A stretch of DNA of 64,000 bases from Candidatus Latescibacterota bacterium (GCA_965203805.1 OZ241917.1:800001-864000); one strand, 5' to 3'; positions 10,409-21,125 are shown, counted from the first letter of the stretch. Made by a program: numbers and translations. The notes: a model not told the origin generated them from the sequence alone.

Positions 10409-13400
10409 ATGCCATTGCCCGAATTTTCGACGAAATATCCGGTAACGGTTGCCATGGCAACGCTGGCCGTCGCGCTCCTGGGCTGGATTTCGCTGGAGCG
10501 GCTGGAAGTGGACCTGCTTCCCGACCTGCGTTCTCCCGTGATTACCGTGGACCTGCGATTTCCGGGCAAAACCCCCAGGGAGATGGAGGAACGATATGCG
10601 CGTCGTCTGGAAGGGGATATCGGCACGGTACGCCACGTCAAACGCGTTCACTCCGTGTCCCGTTCCGGGCAGGCCGTGGTGATCGCGGAATTTGAATGGG
10701 ATGCGGACATGGATTTCGCGCTGCTCGATGTGCAGAAGAAAGTGGCGCGGTACGCTTCGGATCCCGATATCACGAGTCTGGACGTCACACAGGAAGACCC
10801 CCAGGCGTTGCCGGTGATGCGTCTGGCCGTCTCGGGAGCGGACTGGCAGGATCCTGATGAACTGCTGGGCAACGCGGAAACCGTCATCCGGCCCAAACTC
10901 GAGGGGTTGTCCGGGGTGGCTTCGGTGGAAATCGAGGGGGGAGCCGAAAAAGAAATCCGGATCACACTGGATTCCTATCTCCTTCAAGCATTCGGAGTCA
11001 CTTCGGAGACGGTCGTCTCGCGGATACGTGAAGCCAATTCGGATGTCTCCGGCGGAACGTTGAAAGACGGACAACGTACCTATCTGGTCAAAGGCCTGGG
11101 ACGTCTGACCGACTTGGCAGACGTGAACAACCTGGTTGTCGGTGAGCGCCGCGGCGAATCTTCGAATGGCGGGGAAGACGCCTCGACCCAGCGCGTGCCC
11201 GTCACGGTAAGCGATGTGGGTACGGTAGGCCTGCTATATAAGGAGAGGGAAACCATCGTGCGCCTCGACGGCTTGGAGTGCGTCGGGCTTTCCGTTTACA
11301 AGGAAGCCGGCGCGAATACCTCGTCGGTGGTCAACGGGGTTCTCGGGGAACTGGAAAGACTCGAGGCCGATCTGACCGGCATCCGGTTTACGGTGGTGGA
11401 GAACCAGGCCCGCTTCGTCGAAAACGCGGTAAGTGAAGTGGAAGAGGCGGCCGTTCTTGGCGCCTTGCTTGCAGTGGGCGTGTTGCTGGCTGCGCTCCGG
11501 CAGTGGACCGCCACGCTGGTGATCGGACTCGCCATACCGATTTCCGTTCTGGCCACGTTCACGCTGATGTATTTCCAGGGGCTGACGCTGAACGTCATGA
11601 CCCTGGGCGGCCTGGCGCTGGGCGCCGGCATGCTGGTGGACAACGCCATTGTCGTGATTGAGAACATCTACCGGCACCTCGAGAGGGGAGAAACGGCCGC
11701 AGAGGCCTCCGTCAGAGGCGCCAGTGAGGTCGGGGTCGCGATTCTGGCGTCCACGTTGACCACGGTGTCCGTGTTTCTGCCCATTGTCTACCTCCACGGG
11801 TTGGCGGGCGAACTCTTCAAGGAACAGGCCTGGACGGTCGCGTTCTCGCTGGTTTCGTCTCTCGCGGTGGCGATGACCGTGGTGCCCATGCTGACCGCCC
11901 GGCTCTTCAGGCGGTATCCGCGACGGTCCGCAGGGATCGCGGGGGCGCGGTCCTTCAGGCGTTTTCTAAGCCGTTCACTCAACCATAAGGGACGTACGAT
12001 GGCGGTGCTCGCGGCCTGCCTGCTGGCCGCCTTCTATATGGCAAGGTCCATCCATACGTCTTTTATCCCCACGGAAGACGAGGGTGTGCTCCACGTGGAT
12101 CTCGCGCTGCCGGAGGGCACGCGACTCGAGTCGACAGACAGGGTGGCGAGGCGAGTTGCCGCCATTACCCAGGCGGTTGCCGGAGAGGAAGCGCGCCACA
12201 TCTACCTGCGGGTTGGAACCGATCCGAACCGGTTTACCGCGGTGGGAGAACCCACCGGCCCGAACAGAGCCGAACTGACGGTCGTGCTGGGCCGGCAGGC
12301 GGACCGTCGCAGCGTCTCCGAACTCACCACGGTTCTGGATACAGCCCTCCTCGAAGTCCCTGACATTAAGGTTAATTATCGGCTTCAAAAAGCTGCATTG
12401 GAAGGACTTATACGAGGTCACACTGCGCCGGTCCAGGTCGAGGTCAGCGGTGAGAACCTGGACCTGCTTCGGGAATTGACCACAGATCTGAAGCGGCGAA
12501 TGGACGCGTTGTCCACGGTGTATAACGTGCGGACCAGCTTTCAGGACGGTCAGCCCGAGGTAGACGTGGTACTGCGACCGGATATCACCGCCGCGTTCGG
12601 GCTTACCTCACAGAATCTCGTGCGCGAACTCGAGCGCAGGCTCGGCGGCGAGGAAGCCGGAGAACTCTCCAAGGACCAACGGGCGCGAACGATCCGGGTT
12701 GGGTTCGAGGACGTGGACCTTCGGGAACTGCAGCACGCGAGAATCGACGGTCCCGACGGGGCGATGCTCACGCTGGGAGATCTCGCCGACCTGCGGGTCG
12801 TGCAGGGTCCAAGGGAAATCCTGCGGGACGGTCAGCGCAGGGTGGGGCGGGTGTCCGCCTTCCTGACCGACGGTGTGGTCTTGAGCCAGGCGGCAACGCA
12901 AATCAGGCAGGCAGTGGGACAGATGGCCATCCCGCACGGATACCAGGTGACCGTAACCGGAGAGGAACGGGAGCGGGCCGAATCATTCGGCGGCCTGCAA
13001 TTCGCCCTTCTGCTTTCGGTGGTGCTCGTCTATATGGTCATGGCTTCGCTCTTCGAGTCTCTGCTTCATCCGTTTACCGTCATGCTGACGGTGCCGCTGG
13101 CGGGCATCGGCGTGGTATTCGCATTCTGGAGCCTGGGAGAAGCGTTCGGCGTGATGGCGTTCATCGGCGCGATCATGCTGGGCGGTATCGCCGTTAACGA
13201 CGCCATCATTCTGGTGGACCACATCAACCAGTTGCGGCGCGAGGCGGGCGACGTGCGACAGGCCGTACTCCAGGCCGCGCAGGATCGGCTGCGTCCGATC
13301 CTGATGACCAGCGCCACGACCATTCTGGCGCTGTTGCCCATGGCGGTGGGCGTCGGCGAAGGCGCGCGCCTGCGGGCCCCGATGGCGGTGGCCGTTATCG

Positions 13401-13492
13401 GCGGTCTGGTCACGTCCACATTGATGACCCTTGTGGTGATTCCCGTCGTTTACGAACTGATTGAAGGGCTCAGAAGGAGGAGGGCGGCGTGA
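10409..13492 (+). CDS. RND transporter permease subunit (AcrB/AcrD/AcrF family)
   Basis: GMLVDNAIVVIENI (TM4), RLRPILMT and PMAVAVIGGL motifs; about 1027 aa. Confidence 0.93.
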   Translation: MPLPEFSTKYPVTVAMATLAVALLGWISLERLEVDLLPDLRSPVITVDLRFPGKTPREMEERYARRLEGDIGTVRHVKRVHSVSRSGQAVVIAEFEWDADMDFALLDVQKKVARYASDPDITSLDVTQEDPQALPVMRLAVSGADWQDPDELLGNAETVIRPKLEGLSGVASVEIEGGAEKEIRITLDSYLLQAFGVTSETVVSRIREANSDVSGGTLKDGQRTYLVKGLGRLTDLADVNNLVVGERRGESSNGGEDASTQRVPVTVSDVGTVGLLYKERETIVRLDGLECVGLSVYKEAGANTSSVVNGVLGELERLEADLTGIRFTVVENQARFVENAVSEVEEAAVLGALLAVGVLLAALRQWTATLVIGLAIPISVLATFTLMYFQGLTLNVMTLGGLALGAGMLVDNAIVVIENIYRHLERGETAAEASVRGASEVGVAILASTLTTVSVFLPIVYLHGLAGELFKEQAWTVAFSLVSSLAVAMTVVPMLTARLFRRYPRRSAGIAGARSFRRFLSRSLNHKGRTMAVLAACLLAAFYMARSIHTSFIPTEDEGVLHVDLALPEGTRLESTDRVARRVAAITQAVAGEEARHIYLRVGTDPNRFTAVGEPTGPNRAELTVVLGRQADRRSVSELTTVLDTALLEVPDIKVNYRLQKAALEGLIRGHTAPVQVEVSGENLDLLRELTTDLKRRMDALSTVYNVRTSFQDGQPEVDVVLRPDITAAFGLTSQNLVRELERRLGGEEAGELSKDQRARTIRVGFEDVDLRELQHARIDGPDGAMLTLGDLADLRVVQGPREILRDGQRRVGRVSAFLTDGVVLSQAATQIRQAVGQMAIPHGYQVTVTGEERERAESFGGLQFALLLSVVLVYMVMASLFESLLHPFTVMLTVPLAGIGVVFAFWSLGEAFGVMAFIGAIMLGGIAVNDAIILVDHINQLRREAGDVRQAVLQAAQDRLRPILMTSATTILALLPMAVGVGEGARLRAPMAVAVIGGLVTSTLMTLVVIPVVYELIEGLRRRRAA

Positions 13493-16400
13493 TTCTCCCC
13501 GATCTTGCGGTCCGGCGGCCCGTAACGACGTCGATGTTCTTTGCCGCATTCGCCATATTGGGAGTCGTGTCGTGGACGAGGCTTCCGGTACAGCTTTTTC
13601 CGGAGTTGATCTTTCCGGAAGTGTTCGTCACGCTGTCGCTGCAGGGGGCATCTCCGGAACAGGTGGAACGAGATCTGCTGGTTCCCGCTGAAGGGGAGAT
13701 CGGCAAACTGGACGGCGTCCAGGAGATGGAGTCGTTCGCGATGGCCAACAGGGGAGGTATTCGCATATCCTACGCGCCCGACGTGGATATGAAGTTCGCC
13801 CTGCTTCAACTGCAGAGCAACCTGAACAGACTGCAGCCGACGCTGCCCGAGCGTACTCAGTCCGACGTCAGGAGGTTCGATTCGACGGATCTCAGCAGCA
13901 GCATTATGGAGCTTCACGTGCTCGCCGACTGGGACCTGAACCCGTTGCGGGAGTTCACGGAAGAAAAAATCCGGCCCGAACTGGAGTCAGTCGACGGTGT
14001 CGTCAATGTGTCCGTGTTGGGCGGACGGCGCAGCGCCGTTGAAATCGTCCTGGATCCGTTCCTGCTCGAGGCGCATGGCCTTTCGACGGGACAGGTTCGG
14101 GCACGCCTGAACAGCTATAACCGGCGGCGTGAGTACCTGGGGCGCGTATTCGACGGGAATCGGGCCTATTCGGTGAGCATTCAGGGGCAGTTTACGGACC
14201 TTCGTCAGATTCGCGATCTCGTCCTGAACGCGGACGGCACGCTCAGGCTGGGCGACGTTTCCCGGGTGGGATTCGGACTCCAGGAACAGGCCGATCGGCA
14301 CAGAGTCAATGGAAGACCGTCGGTGGGCGTCCGCATCCAGAAGGACGACGAAGCGAATCTGATCGAGGTTGCCGCGGCGGTCGAAGCCGCCATCGGCAGG
14401 CTGAATCGCGACTTCAAGAGCGCGGGTGTGGAACTGGGCGTGAGTTCCTCACAGGCGGATCTGATGACCGGAGCGCTTTCCACCCTGAAGCAGGCGGCCA
14501 TTGCCGGCGCCGTGCTCGGACTGATCGTGCTCTTTCTGTTTCTTCGGAACCTTCGTTTCGTTTCGGTCCTCCTGCTGGCCATACCGATTTCTCTCCTGAT
14601 GACCTTCAATCTGATGTACCTCGGCGGGCTGTCCGTCAACGTGCTGTCTCTGTGCGGTCTCGCCCTGGCGATGGGCATGCTTGCTGACAACGGCATCGTG
14701 GTGATGGAAAATATCTTCAAGCACTACGAGCGGGGAAAGTCGCCCGCCGACGCGGCACGGGACGGGGCGGCCGAGGTCGGGCGCGCCGTGGTTGCGGCAA
14801 CCGCAACAACCGTAACCGCATTCCTGCCGGTTCTGTTCATCGAGAGCGACGCGCGGGACCTGCTGCGGGAACTCGCGTTGTCCATGGCGTTTCCGCTGCT
14901 GGCGTCGTTGCTCGTGGCCCTGACGCTGGTTCCGGCCCTCGCCGTCCGGGCGTTGAGCCGCGGGGTCCGACAGCCTCCGGACGTTCGCGGGTTGCTCGAA
15001 CGGTATACGCTGCTGCTGAAGACTGCTCTGCGCCACCGCGCATCGGTGGTCCTGTCCGCAGGAGTGGCGCTCGCGTTGACACTCGTGTTGGCGTTCTTCT
15101 ACCTGCTGCAACAGCAGGTACGCAGGGAGGAGACACGTTTTACGGTCTACGTGAACCTTCCGGAAGGAGCCACGCTGGACGCGACGGACGAGGTCGTGAA
15201 ACAGGTGGAGGCATCCGTACGGGACGTGCCCGGTCTGGACCGGTTTACGACGTCGGTCCGTGAGGCGGAAGCCGACGTGAATGTATTGCTAGACAGACGT
15301 TCTGACCGGCCCGGCGGCATCTCGCTGGATGAAATCAAAGAGCAACTCGACGACAAACTGCAGAATGTACGGGGAGGGGTTGTCGGATACGAAGCCAGGC
15401 CCCGCGCGGGGAGGGGCGGGCGCGGGCAGGGGATCGGACAACGTCGGAGACGCAGTTCCGGAGGATTCGATCTGACCGGGGCCACGCCGAACGAACAGGT
15501 TGTGGTTCGAGGATACGACTTCACGATACTGACGATGATTGCCAATGACCTGGTTTACCGCCTCGAAGAACTGGAGGAGGTGGATGCCAACAGCGTACGC
15601 GCCGACGCCGAACGGAGTTCGCCCGAGGTGCAGGTGATACCCGATGCGGCCGCCCTGTTCGACCGGCGGCTCGGCGCACAGGAAGTGCTCGCCGCCATGG
15701 GTGACACCCGTTGGGACGGGTTTCGCACAACGGTCCCGTTCCTGCTGCCCGATGCAACCGAGGTACCCATCGAAGTGCGTACGATCGAAGAGGAGGACCG
15801 CGACCGCTACGGGCTGGCTGAATTCAGGGGTTCACGCATTCTGAACCGGGACGGGCATTACGTACCTCTGTCCGAAGTGGCGAGGGTCCGGACGGATGAG
15901 GGCCGGAGCAGCCTGTTGCGGACCGACCAGACCCGTCGGATTGTGGTTTCCTACCGGTATCCTTCGGAGATTCTGGATTCCCAGCCGCGGTTGGATCTTG
16001 CGAGACGGGTCGTGCGAACGACGCTGCAGGACATGGTTCTGCCGGAGGGGTATTCGATCGAAATCATCGAGGCGCACGAGGAGATGATCTACTATTGGAT
16101 GATGGCGGTCGCAGCTGTACTCATCTATATGATCCTGGCGTCGCTGTTTGAGTCTTTCGCCTCGCCGATCATCATTCTGTGTACGCTGCCGCCCGCGGCC
16201 ATCGGCTCCTGCTGGGCGCTGATGATGTCGGGCACGGGCCTGAGCCAGCAGGAGGGACCCATGGCGCTTCTGGGACTTATCGTCCTGCTGGGTATTGCGG
16301 TGAACAACGGCATCATCCTGATCGACGCGGTCGGCGTGCTCAGGACCCGATTCGGCTTTCGACGGGAACGCGCGGTGCTGACCGCGGCGCGGTCGCGTGT

Positions 16401-18201
16401 TCGACCCATCCTGATGACAACGGCCACGACGCTTCTGGGCGTTCTTCCACTGGCGCTCGAATACGGCGGCGATTTTGAAATCTGGCCGCCGTTCGCAATT
16501 ACCGTTCTGGGCGGGCTGTCGGTTTCCATGGTCTCCACGCTGATCCTGATTCCGGTGGTCTACATGGGACTGGATCAGATCGGCGCCTGGCTTGCCGACA
16601 TGGGGGTTATCGCCGTCACGCTGTCGCTGCTGGCGACCGCCGCGGCCGGGTATGGCGTTTATGTGCGGTACGAAAGCGTTTTCTGGGCAACGCTGTCGAT
16701 ATTGCCCATCTGGGGCGCGTGTCTGGCAGCGGTATGGACCGTCCTGAAAATACACCGCGCCCGGGTCGCGGCCCGGCGGGTATCCGGCGCCGTTCATTCC
16801 ATACAGCTGAGAAATCTTACCAAGGTCTACGGCGCGCCCGGGCGGTTTGTACGGGAGTGGGCGCGCAACGAGCGCCGGCGAGGGCGGATGATGGAAACCG
16901 GTCCGGAGCCACACGACCGCAGGGCGGTCCGTGACGCGCTCATCTGGAAGCTGCCGTTGCTCGCGCTGTTGTCGGTCTTCACGACCTATTTCGAGGACGA
17001 GATCTGGATCTATCTGCACGGGCTGGCGCTGGCATCCATGATTGCGCACGTGGGGAGATGCGTCGGAGACCTGAGAGAAAGGCAACTTCCGGCGCCGATC
17101 GCCCGCATTGGCGCCCTGCTGCTCAAAGCCGTGCTGCCATTGACGTTTGTCGGCTACGTGCACTTGCGGCTGAACCTGCTTTCTGTCACACTTGCCACGT
17201 TCGGGCTGTGGGTCGTCTATCGACTGGTGCGGTGGCTCGCCGACAGGGTACGTTCCGGGGAGATCGATCCCGATGCCTTGTCCGGACGTCTGGCGCGGCC
17301 GCGCATGTGGAGCTATCGAATGGCCTCGGCCATGCCGATCGTCGGCGTCCCCCGGCCGGAGTTTCGGGCGCTGGCGGGCGTCAACCTGGAAATCGGCAGG
17401 GGGATGTTCGGGCTACTGGGCCCCAACGGCGCCGGCAAGACCACATTGATGCGCATTCTCTGCAGGGTACTCGAACCCAGTTACGGCTCCATTCTGATCG
17501 ACGGTCGAAACGTCCTGAACAGGGGATCGATTCACGGTCTGATCGGCTACCTGCCGCAGCATTTCGGCAACTACGGACACCTTTCCGCATACGAGTATCT
17601 GGAATACCGTGCACTTCTGGAGGGTTACAAAGACCGGAAAATTCGGGACGCCCGGGTGATCGAATCCCTGGAACAGGTCAATCTGATCGAACGGAAAGAC
17701 GATCCCGTCGGCTCGTTTTCAGGCGGAATGAAGCAGCGCCTCGGCATTGCCCAGACCCTCCTGCACACCCCGCTGATCGTGGTGGTGGACGAGCCCACGG
17801 CGGGTCTCGATCCGCTGGAGCGCATCCGGTTCCGCAACCTGCTTGCCAGGTTGAGCCAGGATCGCATTGTCATTTTCTCCACGCACATCGTGGAAGATAT
17901 CTCCGGAAGCTGCAATCGTCTGGCAGTACTGGACCATGGGTGTCTTCTGTATACGGGAACACCGGAGGAAATGAGGAATCTGGCGACGGGACGGGTGTGG
18001 GACACGGTGGTATCGGAGCGGCGTTTTTCGGAGATGGAGGACAACCTTAAGCTCATTTCGCATCAGCGAACGCCCGGCGGGGTCCGGATGCGGTTCCTGT
18101 CGGAACACGCGCCGGTCGATATCGGCGCGCAGAGCGTGGACCCAACTCTGGAAGACGCGTACCTGTACCTGCTTGGCGGAGGGGAGGGACAGCCGTGCTG
18201 A
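13489..18201 (+). CDS. RND permease fused to a C-terminal ABC ATPase domain
   Basis: RND motifs (GMLADNGIVVMEN, RVRPILMT), then GPNGAGKT, FSGGMKQR, VVVDEPT and STH. The start overlaps the previous stop (GTGA); 1570 aa. Confidence 0.9.
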   Translation: MILPDLAVRRPVTTSMFFAAFAILGVVSWTRLPVQLFPELIFPEVFVTLSLQGASPEQVERDLLVPAEGEIGKLDGVQEMESFAMANRGGIRISYAPDVDMKFALLQLQSNLNRLQPTLPERTQSDVRRFDSTDLSSSIMELHVLADWDLNPLREFTEEKIRPELESVDGVVNVSVLGGRRSAVEIVLDPFLLEAHGLSTGQVRARLNSYNRRREYLGRVFDGNRAYSVSIQGQFTDLRQIRDLVLNADGTLRLGDVSRVGFGLQEQADRHRVNGRPSVGVRIQKDDEANLIEVAAAVEAAIGRLNRDFKSAGVELGVSSSQADLMTGALSTLKQAAIAGAVLGLIVLFLFLRNLRFVSVLLLAIPISLLMTFNLMYLGGLSVNVLSLCGLALAMGMLADNGIVVMENIFKHYERGKSPADAARDGAAEVGRAVVAATATTVTAFLPVLFIESDARDLLRELALSMAFPLLASLLVALTLVPALAVRALSRGVRQPPDVRGLLERYTLLLKTALRHRASVVLSAGVALALTLVLAFFYLLQQQVRREETRFTVYVNLPEGATLDATDEVVKQVEASVRDVPGLDRFTTSVREAEADVNVLLDRRSDRPGGISLDEIKEQLDDKLQNVRGGVVGYEARPRAGRGGRGQGIGQRRRRSSGGFDLTGATPNEQVVVRGYDFTILTMIANDLVYRLEELEEVDANSVRADAERSSPEVQVIPDAAALFDRRLGAQEVLAAMGDTRWDGFRTTVPFLLPDATEVPIEVRTIEEEDRDRYGLAEFRGSRILNRDGHYVPLSEVARVRTDEGRSSLLRTDQTRRIVVSYRYPSEILDSQPRLDLARRVVRTTLQDMVLPEGYSIEIIEAHEEMIYYWMMAVAAVLIYMILASLFESFASPIIILCTLPPAAIGSCWALMMSGTGLSQQEGPMALLGLIVLLGIAVNNGIILIDAVGVLRTRFGFRRERAVLTAARSRVRPILMTTATTLLGVLPLALEYGGDFEIWPPFAITVLGGLSVSMVSTLILIPVVYMGLDQIGAWLADMGVIAVTLSLLATAAAGYGVYVRYESVFWATLSILPIWGACLAAVWTVLKIHRARVAARRVSGAVHSIQLRNLTKVYGAPGRFVREWARNERRRGRMMETGPEPHDRRAVRDALIWKLPLLALLSVFTTYFEDEIWIYLHGLALASMIAHVGRCVGDLRERQLPAPIARIGALLLKAVLPLTFVGYVHLRLNLLSVTLATFGLWVVYRLVRWLADRVRSGEIDPDALSGRLARPRMWSYRMASAMPIVGVPRPEFRALAGVNLEIGRGMFGLLGPNGAGKTTLMRILCRVLEPSYGSILIDGRNVLNRGSIHGLIGYLPQHFGNYGHLSAYEYLEYRALLEGYKDRKIRDARVIESLEQVNLIERKDDPVGSFSGGMKQRLGIAQTLLHTPLIVVVDEPTAGLDPLERIRFRNLLARLSQDRIVIFSTHIVEDISGSCNRLAVLDHGCLLYTGTPEEMRNLATGRVWDTVVSERRFSEMEDNLKLISHQRTPGGVRMRFLSEHAPVDIGAQSVDPTLEDAYLYLLGGGEGQPC

Positions 18202-18917
18202 ACTGGCGGGAATTGCTGCTGACCACGTGGCGGCTTTATCGGCTGAGCTGCAGGATCATATTCCACAGGAAATTGATGTTCATGGGCATCGGCCTTCTCG
18301 TCTATTACGCCGCCATGTACGCGTTCGCGGTGTGGCGCCCCGACGAGGGGTTCGGCGTATCGCAGGCGCTCAACGTCCTGGTTGAAATCCCCGGTATTGC
18401 GCTTGCCATTTATCTGACGATGGATCTCGTTGCGGGCGAACGAGACCGGAATACACTTGAAACCCTGTTCAGCACAACCTCTACCCATTACAAGATCTGG
18501 ACGATCCGGATGGTGGGGGTGTATCTGGTTCTGGCGGGAACCCTCATGGGAATGACGGTGGTCGCGTATTTCGTCTTCGCCGAACTTCCGATTTTCCGGG
18601 GCGGGTTGAATGCTTTTCTGCCGGCATGTCTTGCCGCCGGACTCACGTTCTACTTCTCCGTTCTCTGCCGAAGCGGCAACGCGGCCGCAATGCTCGCGAC
18701 CGGGGTGATGGTCCTGGCTCTGGTCGTTTCGAAGTCCCTGCCCGATTCTCCCTTCGTGCTCTTTCTGGACACGTTCGATCCACCGGTGGGCATGGAAGAC
18801 ACGCTTTGGGGCGACCGGGTCCTGCTGAATCGTCTGGCCGTCGTGCTGCTGTCGGGCTTGCTGCTTTTTATCGGTCTACGCAGAATGGAAGCAAGGGAAC
18901 GGCTGGTATCTTCGTAG
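18195..18917 (+). CDS. ABC-2 type membrane permease
   Basis: About 6 TM helices and a GERDRNTLETLF motif; overlaps the upstream stop codon. Confidence 0.75.
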   Translation: MLNWRELLLTTWRLYRLSCRIIFHRKLMFMGIGLLVYYAAMYAFAVWRPDEGFGVSQALNVLVEIPGIALAIYLTMDLVAGERDRNTLETLFSTTSTHYKIWTIRMVGVYLVLAGTLMGMTVVAYFVFAELPIFRGGLNAFLPACLAAGLTFYFSVLCRSGNAAAMLATGVMVLALVVSKSLPDSPFVLFLDTFDPPVGMEDTLWGDRVLLNRLAVVLLSGLLLFIGLRRMEARERLVSS

Positions 18918-18964
18918 GGGCGGGTCTCCTATGCCGCAGTCGCGGCGGCCGTCGGGTGCCCATC

Positions 18965-20107
18965 CTATTCTTTTCTTACGTCCAGCCGGACTTTTCGGGG
19001 CGCTACGTTCACGACCGCCAGATCGGTCCCATGCCTGATCGACTCGACGCCGAACTCGAACGTCCTGCGCCCGATCCCGACGTAGCCGGCATCGATTACG
19101 AGCCGAAAGGCGTCTTTGGGCGCGAGCAGAAGGGCGCGTCGGGGACCCTTCACAGTGACGTCTACGGCGGCTGGTCTCACGCTCTCCAGTGCATATCCGC
19201 CCGGCAGATTCTCCACGCCGACCGCCACTTCATACGTCGCTTCCTGGACCGACGCGCCCGGCACCAGAAAGACCCATGCGCCGAACGCCAGCGCGAGGGA
19301 GAGCACGCCTTCCGAGAGATGCCGCGCCAGCCTGCCCCGACCGGTCTTGGGCGCACTGCGGACCGCATGCTGCGCGTGCTCCTGCAACCTGGAAAGCAGT
19401 TCGTCGGGGTCGTTAACGATTTCCAGTCGACCCCGACGCGCGACGGCGATGGTGCCGCGCTCCTCGGAAACGACCAGGCAGAGGGCGTCGCTGCGTTCTG
19501 TCAGCCCGAGCGCCGCGGCGTGGCGAGTTCCTCCCGGCCCGAGTTCGCTGCGGTTTTCCGACAGCGGCAGATGGACGGCAAAACGCTCCAGCCGGTCTTC
19601 CCTCATCACCAGCGCCCCGTCGTGACCGGCCGAAGTCGTGCCGAACAGGCTGTCGATGAGCTCCTCGCTGATCGTGGCATGCAGTACAATCCCGCCCTGC
19701 AGGAGCCGGTCGAGCGGTTCCCGTCCGGGCAGGACCACCAGGCCGCCCCGCCGATTCGCCGCCAGTTGATGCATTGCGCGAACCAGAACCGCCAGACTCC
19801 CGCCGTGGGGCCGAGATGCCCTTCTGCCCAGGCCCAGTGCGGCAATCTGCTCGAAGAGCCTCCGCAGGTCGTCCTGGAAGACAACAACCAGCAGCACGAC
19901 GAGGACGGCAAAGAACCCCTGGAATATCCACGCCGTCAGCTGCAGTTCGAACTGGCGCGCCAGGAGATAGAAAGCGCCCAGAAACGCAAGCCCGACCAGC
20001 GCCATGCGGGCGTGCATCCTCCGGGTCCAGGCCAACAGCCCCCAGAACAGCGCGCCCACCACCGCTATGTCCACGAAATCTGAAAATGTGACCTCAAGCA
20101 GCGTCAT
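18965..20107 (-). CDS. cdaA: Diadenylate cyclase CdaA fused to a YbbR-like domain
   Basis: Three N-terminal TM helices, VVFQDDLRR, catalytic HDGA and GTRHAAA motifs and VSEERG, then a TM helix and a YbbR-like beta domain. Confidence 0.85.
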   Translation of the reverse strand: MTLLEVTFSDFVDIAVVGALFWGLLAWTRRMHARMALVGLAFLGAFYLLARQFELQLTAWIFQGFFAVLVVLLVVVFQDDLRRLFEQIAALGLGRRASRPHGGSLAVLVRAMHQLAANRRGGLVVLPGREPLDRLLQGGIVLHATISEELIDSLFGTTSAGHDGALVMREDRLERFAVHLPLSENRSELGPGGTRHAAALGLTERSDALCLVVSEERGTIAVARRGRLEIVNDPDELLSRLQEHAQHAVRSAPKTGRGRLARHLSEGVLSLALAFGAWVFLVPGASVQEATYEVAVGVENLPGGYALESVRPAAVDVTVKGPRRALLLAPKDAFRLVIDAGYVGIGRRTFEFGVESIRHGTDLAVVNVAPRKVRLDVRKE

Positions 20108-20444
20108 ATTCTATGTTTTCCGCCAGCCGGATTCGGTCGATTGAGGGCGATAGGGCACCCGACGGCGTGTGCATACCCGCCAGCCCGAAATATGGGCAAT
20201 CTTCCTCGTTTCGTCAAGACCGCCGCTGCCGGTTTGCTTCGTGGCCGATCGACGTCTGCCGGATTCCGCAGCTGCAGGACCGCGGTCCGGTCCGGGTGGT
20301 ACAAGTTCCCCCGTTGAATCGATCCGTGGTTCTCGTCTTTCGTTTGGTCGGTCCCGGGAAAATACCTATATTTGGAGACGTTCAGGGACAACCGGAACGG
20401 GTCAACACCAAATTTCACGCGGTAATCGGACGGAGGCAAGCGAC

Positions 20445-21125
20445 ATGCAGGGACCTCGGGGGCGAATGACCAGGCGGGAACTCAGGCAGGACGAATTTGT
20501 CAACAGGATGTTGGCCGCATGGGCTTACGTGGAAGAGAACTATGTCCGCGTGCTCGCCGCTGGCGCGGGGGTGGTGGTCCTCATCCTGCTCGGCATTTTC
20601 ATAATGAACCGGATGGACGCCCAGGCAAGAGAGGCGGTGGATGCGGAGGGGCAGATCCGGATCCTGTTGCTCCAGGGTCGGGTCGACGATGCCATCCTGG
20701 AAGCCGAACGCGTCTCGGAAACATACAGCGGAGAAGCAGCAGCCGGACGGGCGCTGCATTTGGCCGGCGGCCTCTATTTCGAAACCGGGAGGCACGCGGA
20801 GGCACAGGCCGCATTTGAAAGATACCTCCAGGAGTTCGACGCGACGGGGCCCACGGGATACAGCGCATGGTCCGGTGTGGCCGCCGCACTGGAAGAACAG
20901 GGCGATTCCGCGGGCGCGGCGGCCAGATACGAGGCTTTCGCCGATGAGTTCGAAGACTCTCCGTTCGCGCCCAATGCGCTCAAGGAGGCGGCCCGCTGCT
21001 ATCGGATATCGGGCGATACCGGTCAGGCCAGGATTCTACTACAGCGCATTCTGGACCGGTATTCGAGGAGCCCCGTTGTCCGAAGCGCAGAGGAGGAGCT
21101 CAAGCAGATGGGTGGTATCCCATGA
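20445..21125 (+). CDS. Membrane-anchored TPR protein (YfgM/CpoB-like)
   Basis: GGAGG RBS; RRELRQDEF N-terminus, one TM helix, then TPR-like helices (…YSRSP, FEDSPFAPNA). Confidence 0.75.
   Translation: MQGPRGRMTRRELRQDEFVNRMLAAWAYVEENYVRVLAAGAGVVVLILLGIFIMNRMDAQAREAVDAEGQIRILLLQGRVDDAILEAERVSETYSGEAAAGRALHLAGGLYFETGRHAEAQAAFERYLQEFDATGPTGYSAWSGVAAALEEQGDSAGAAARYEAFADEFEDSPFAPNALKEAARCYRISGDTGQARILLQRILDRYSRSPVVRSAEEELKQMGGIP

Noticed and set aside
18626-20083. 485-aa + strand ORF
   Set aside because: It is antisense to cdaA, which carries clear catalytic motifs.
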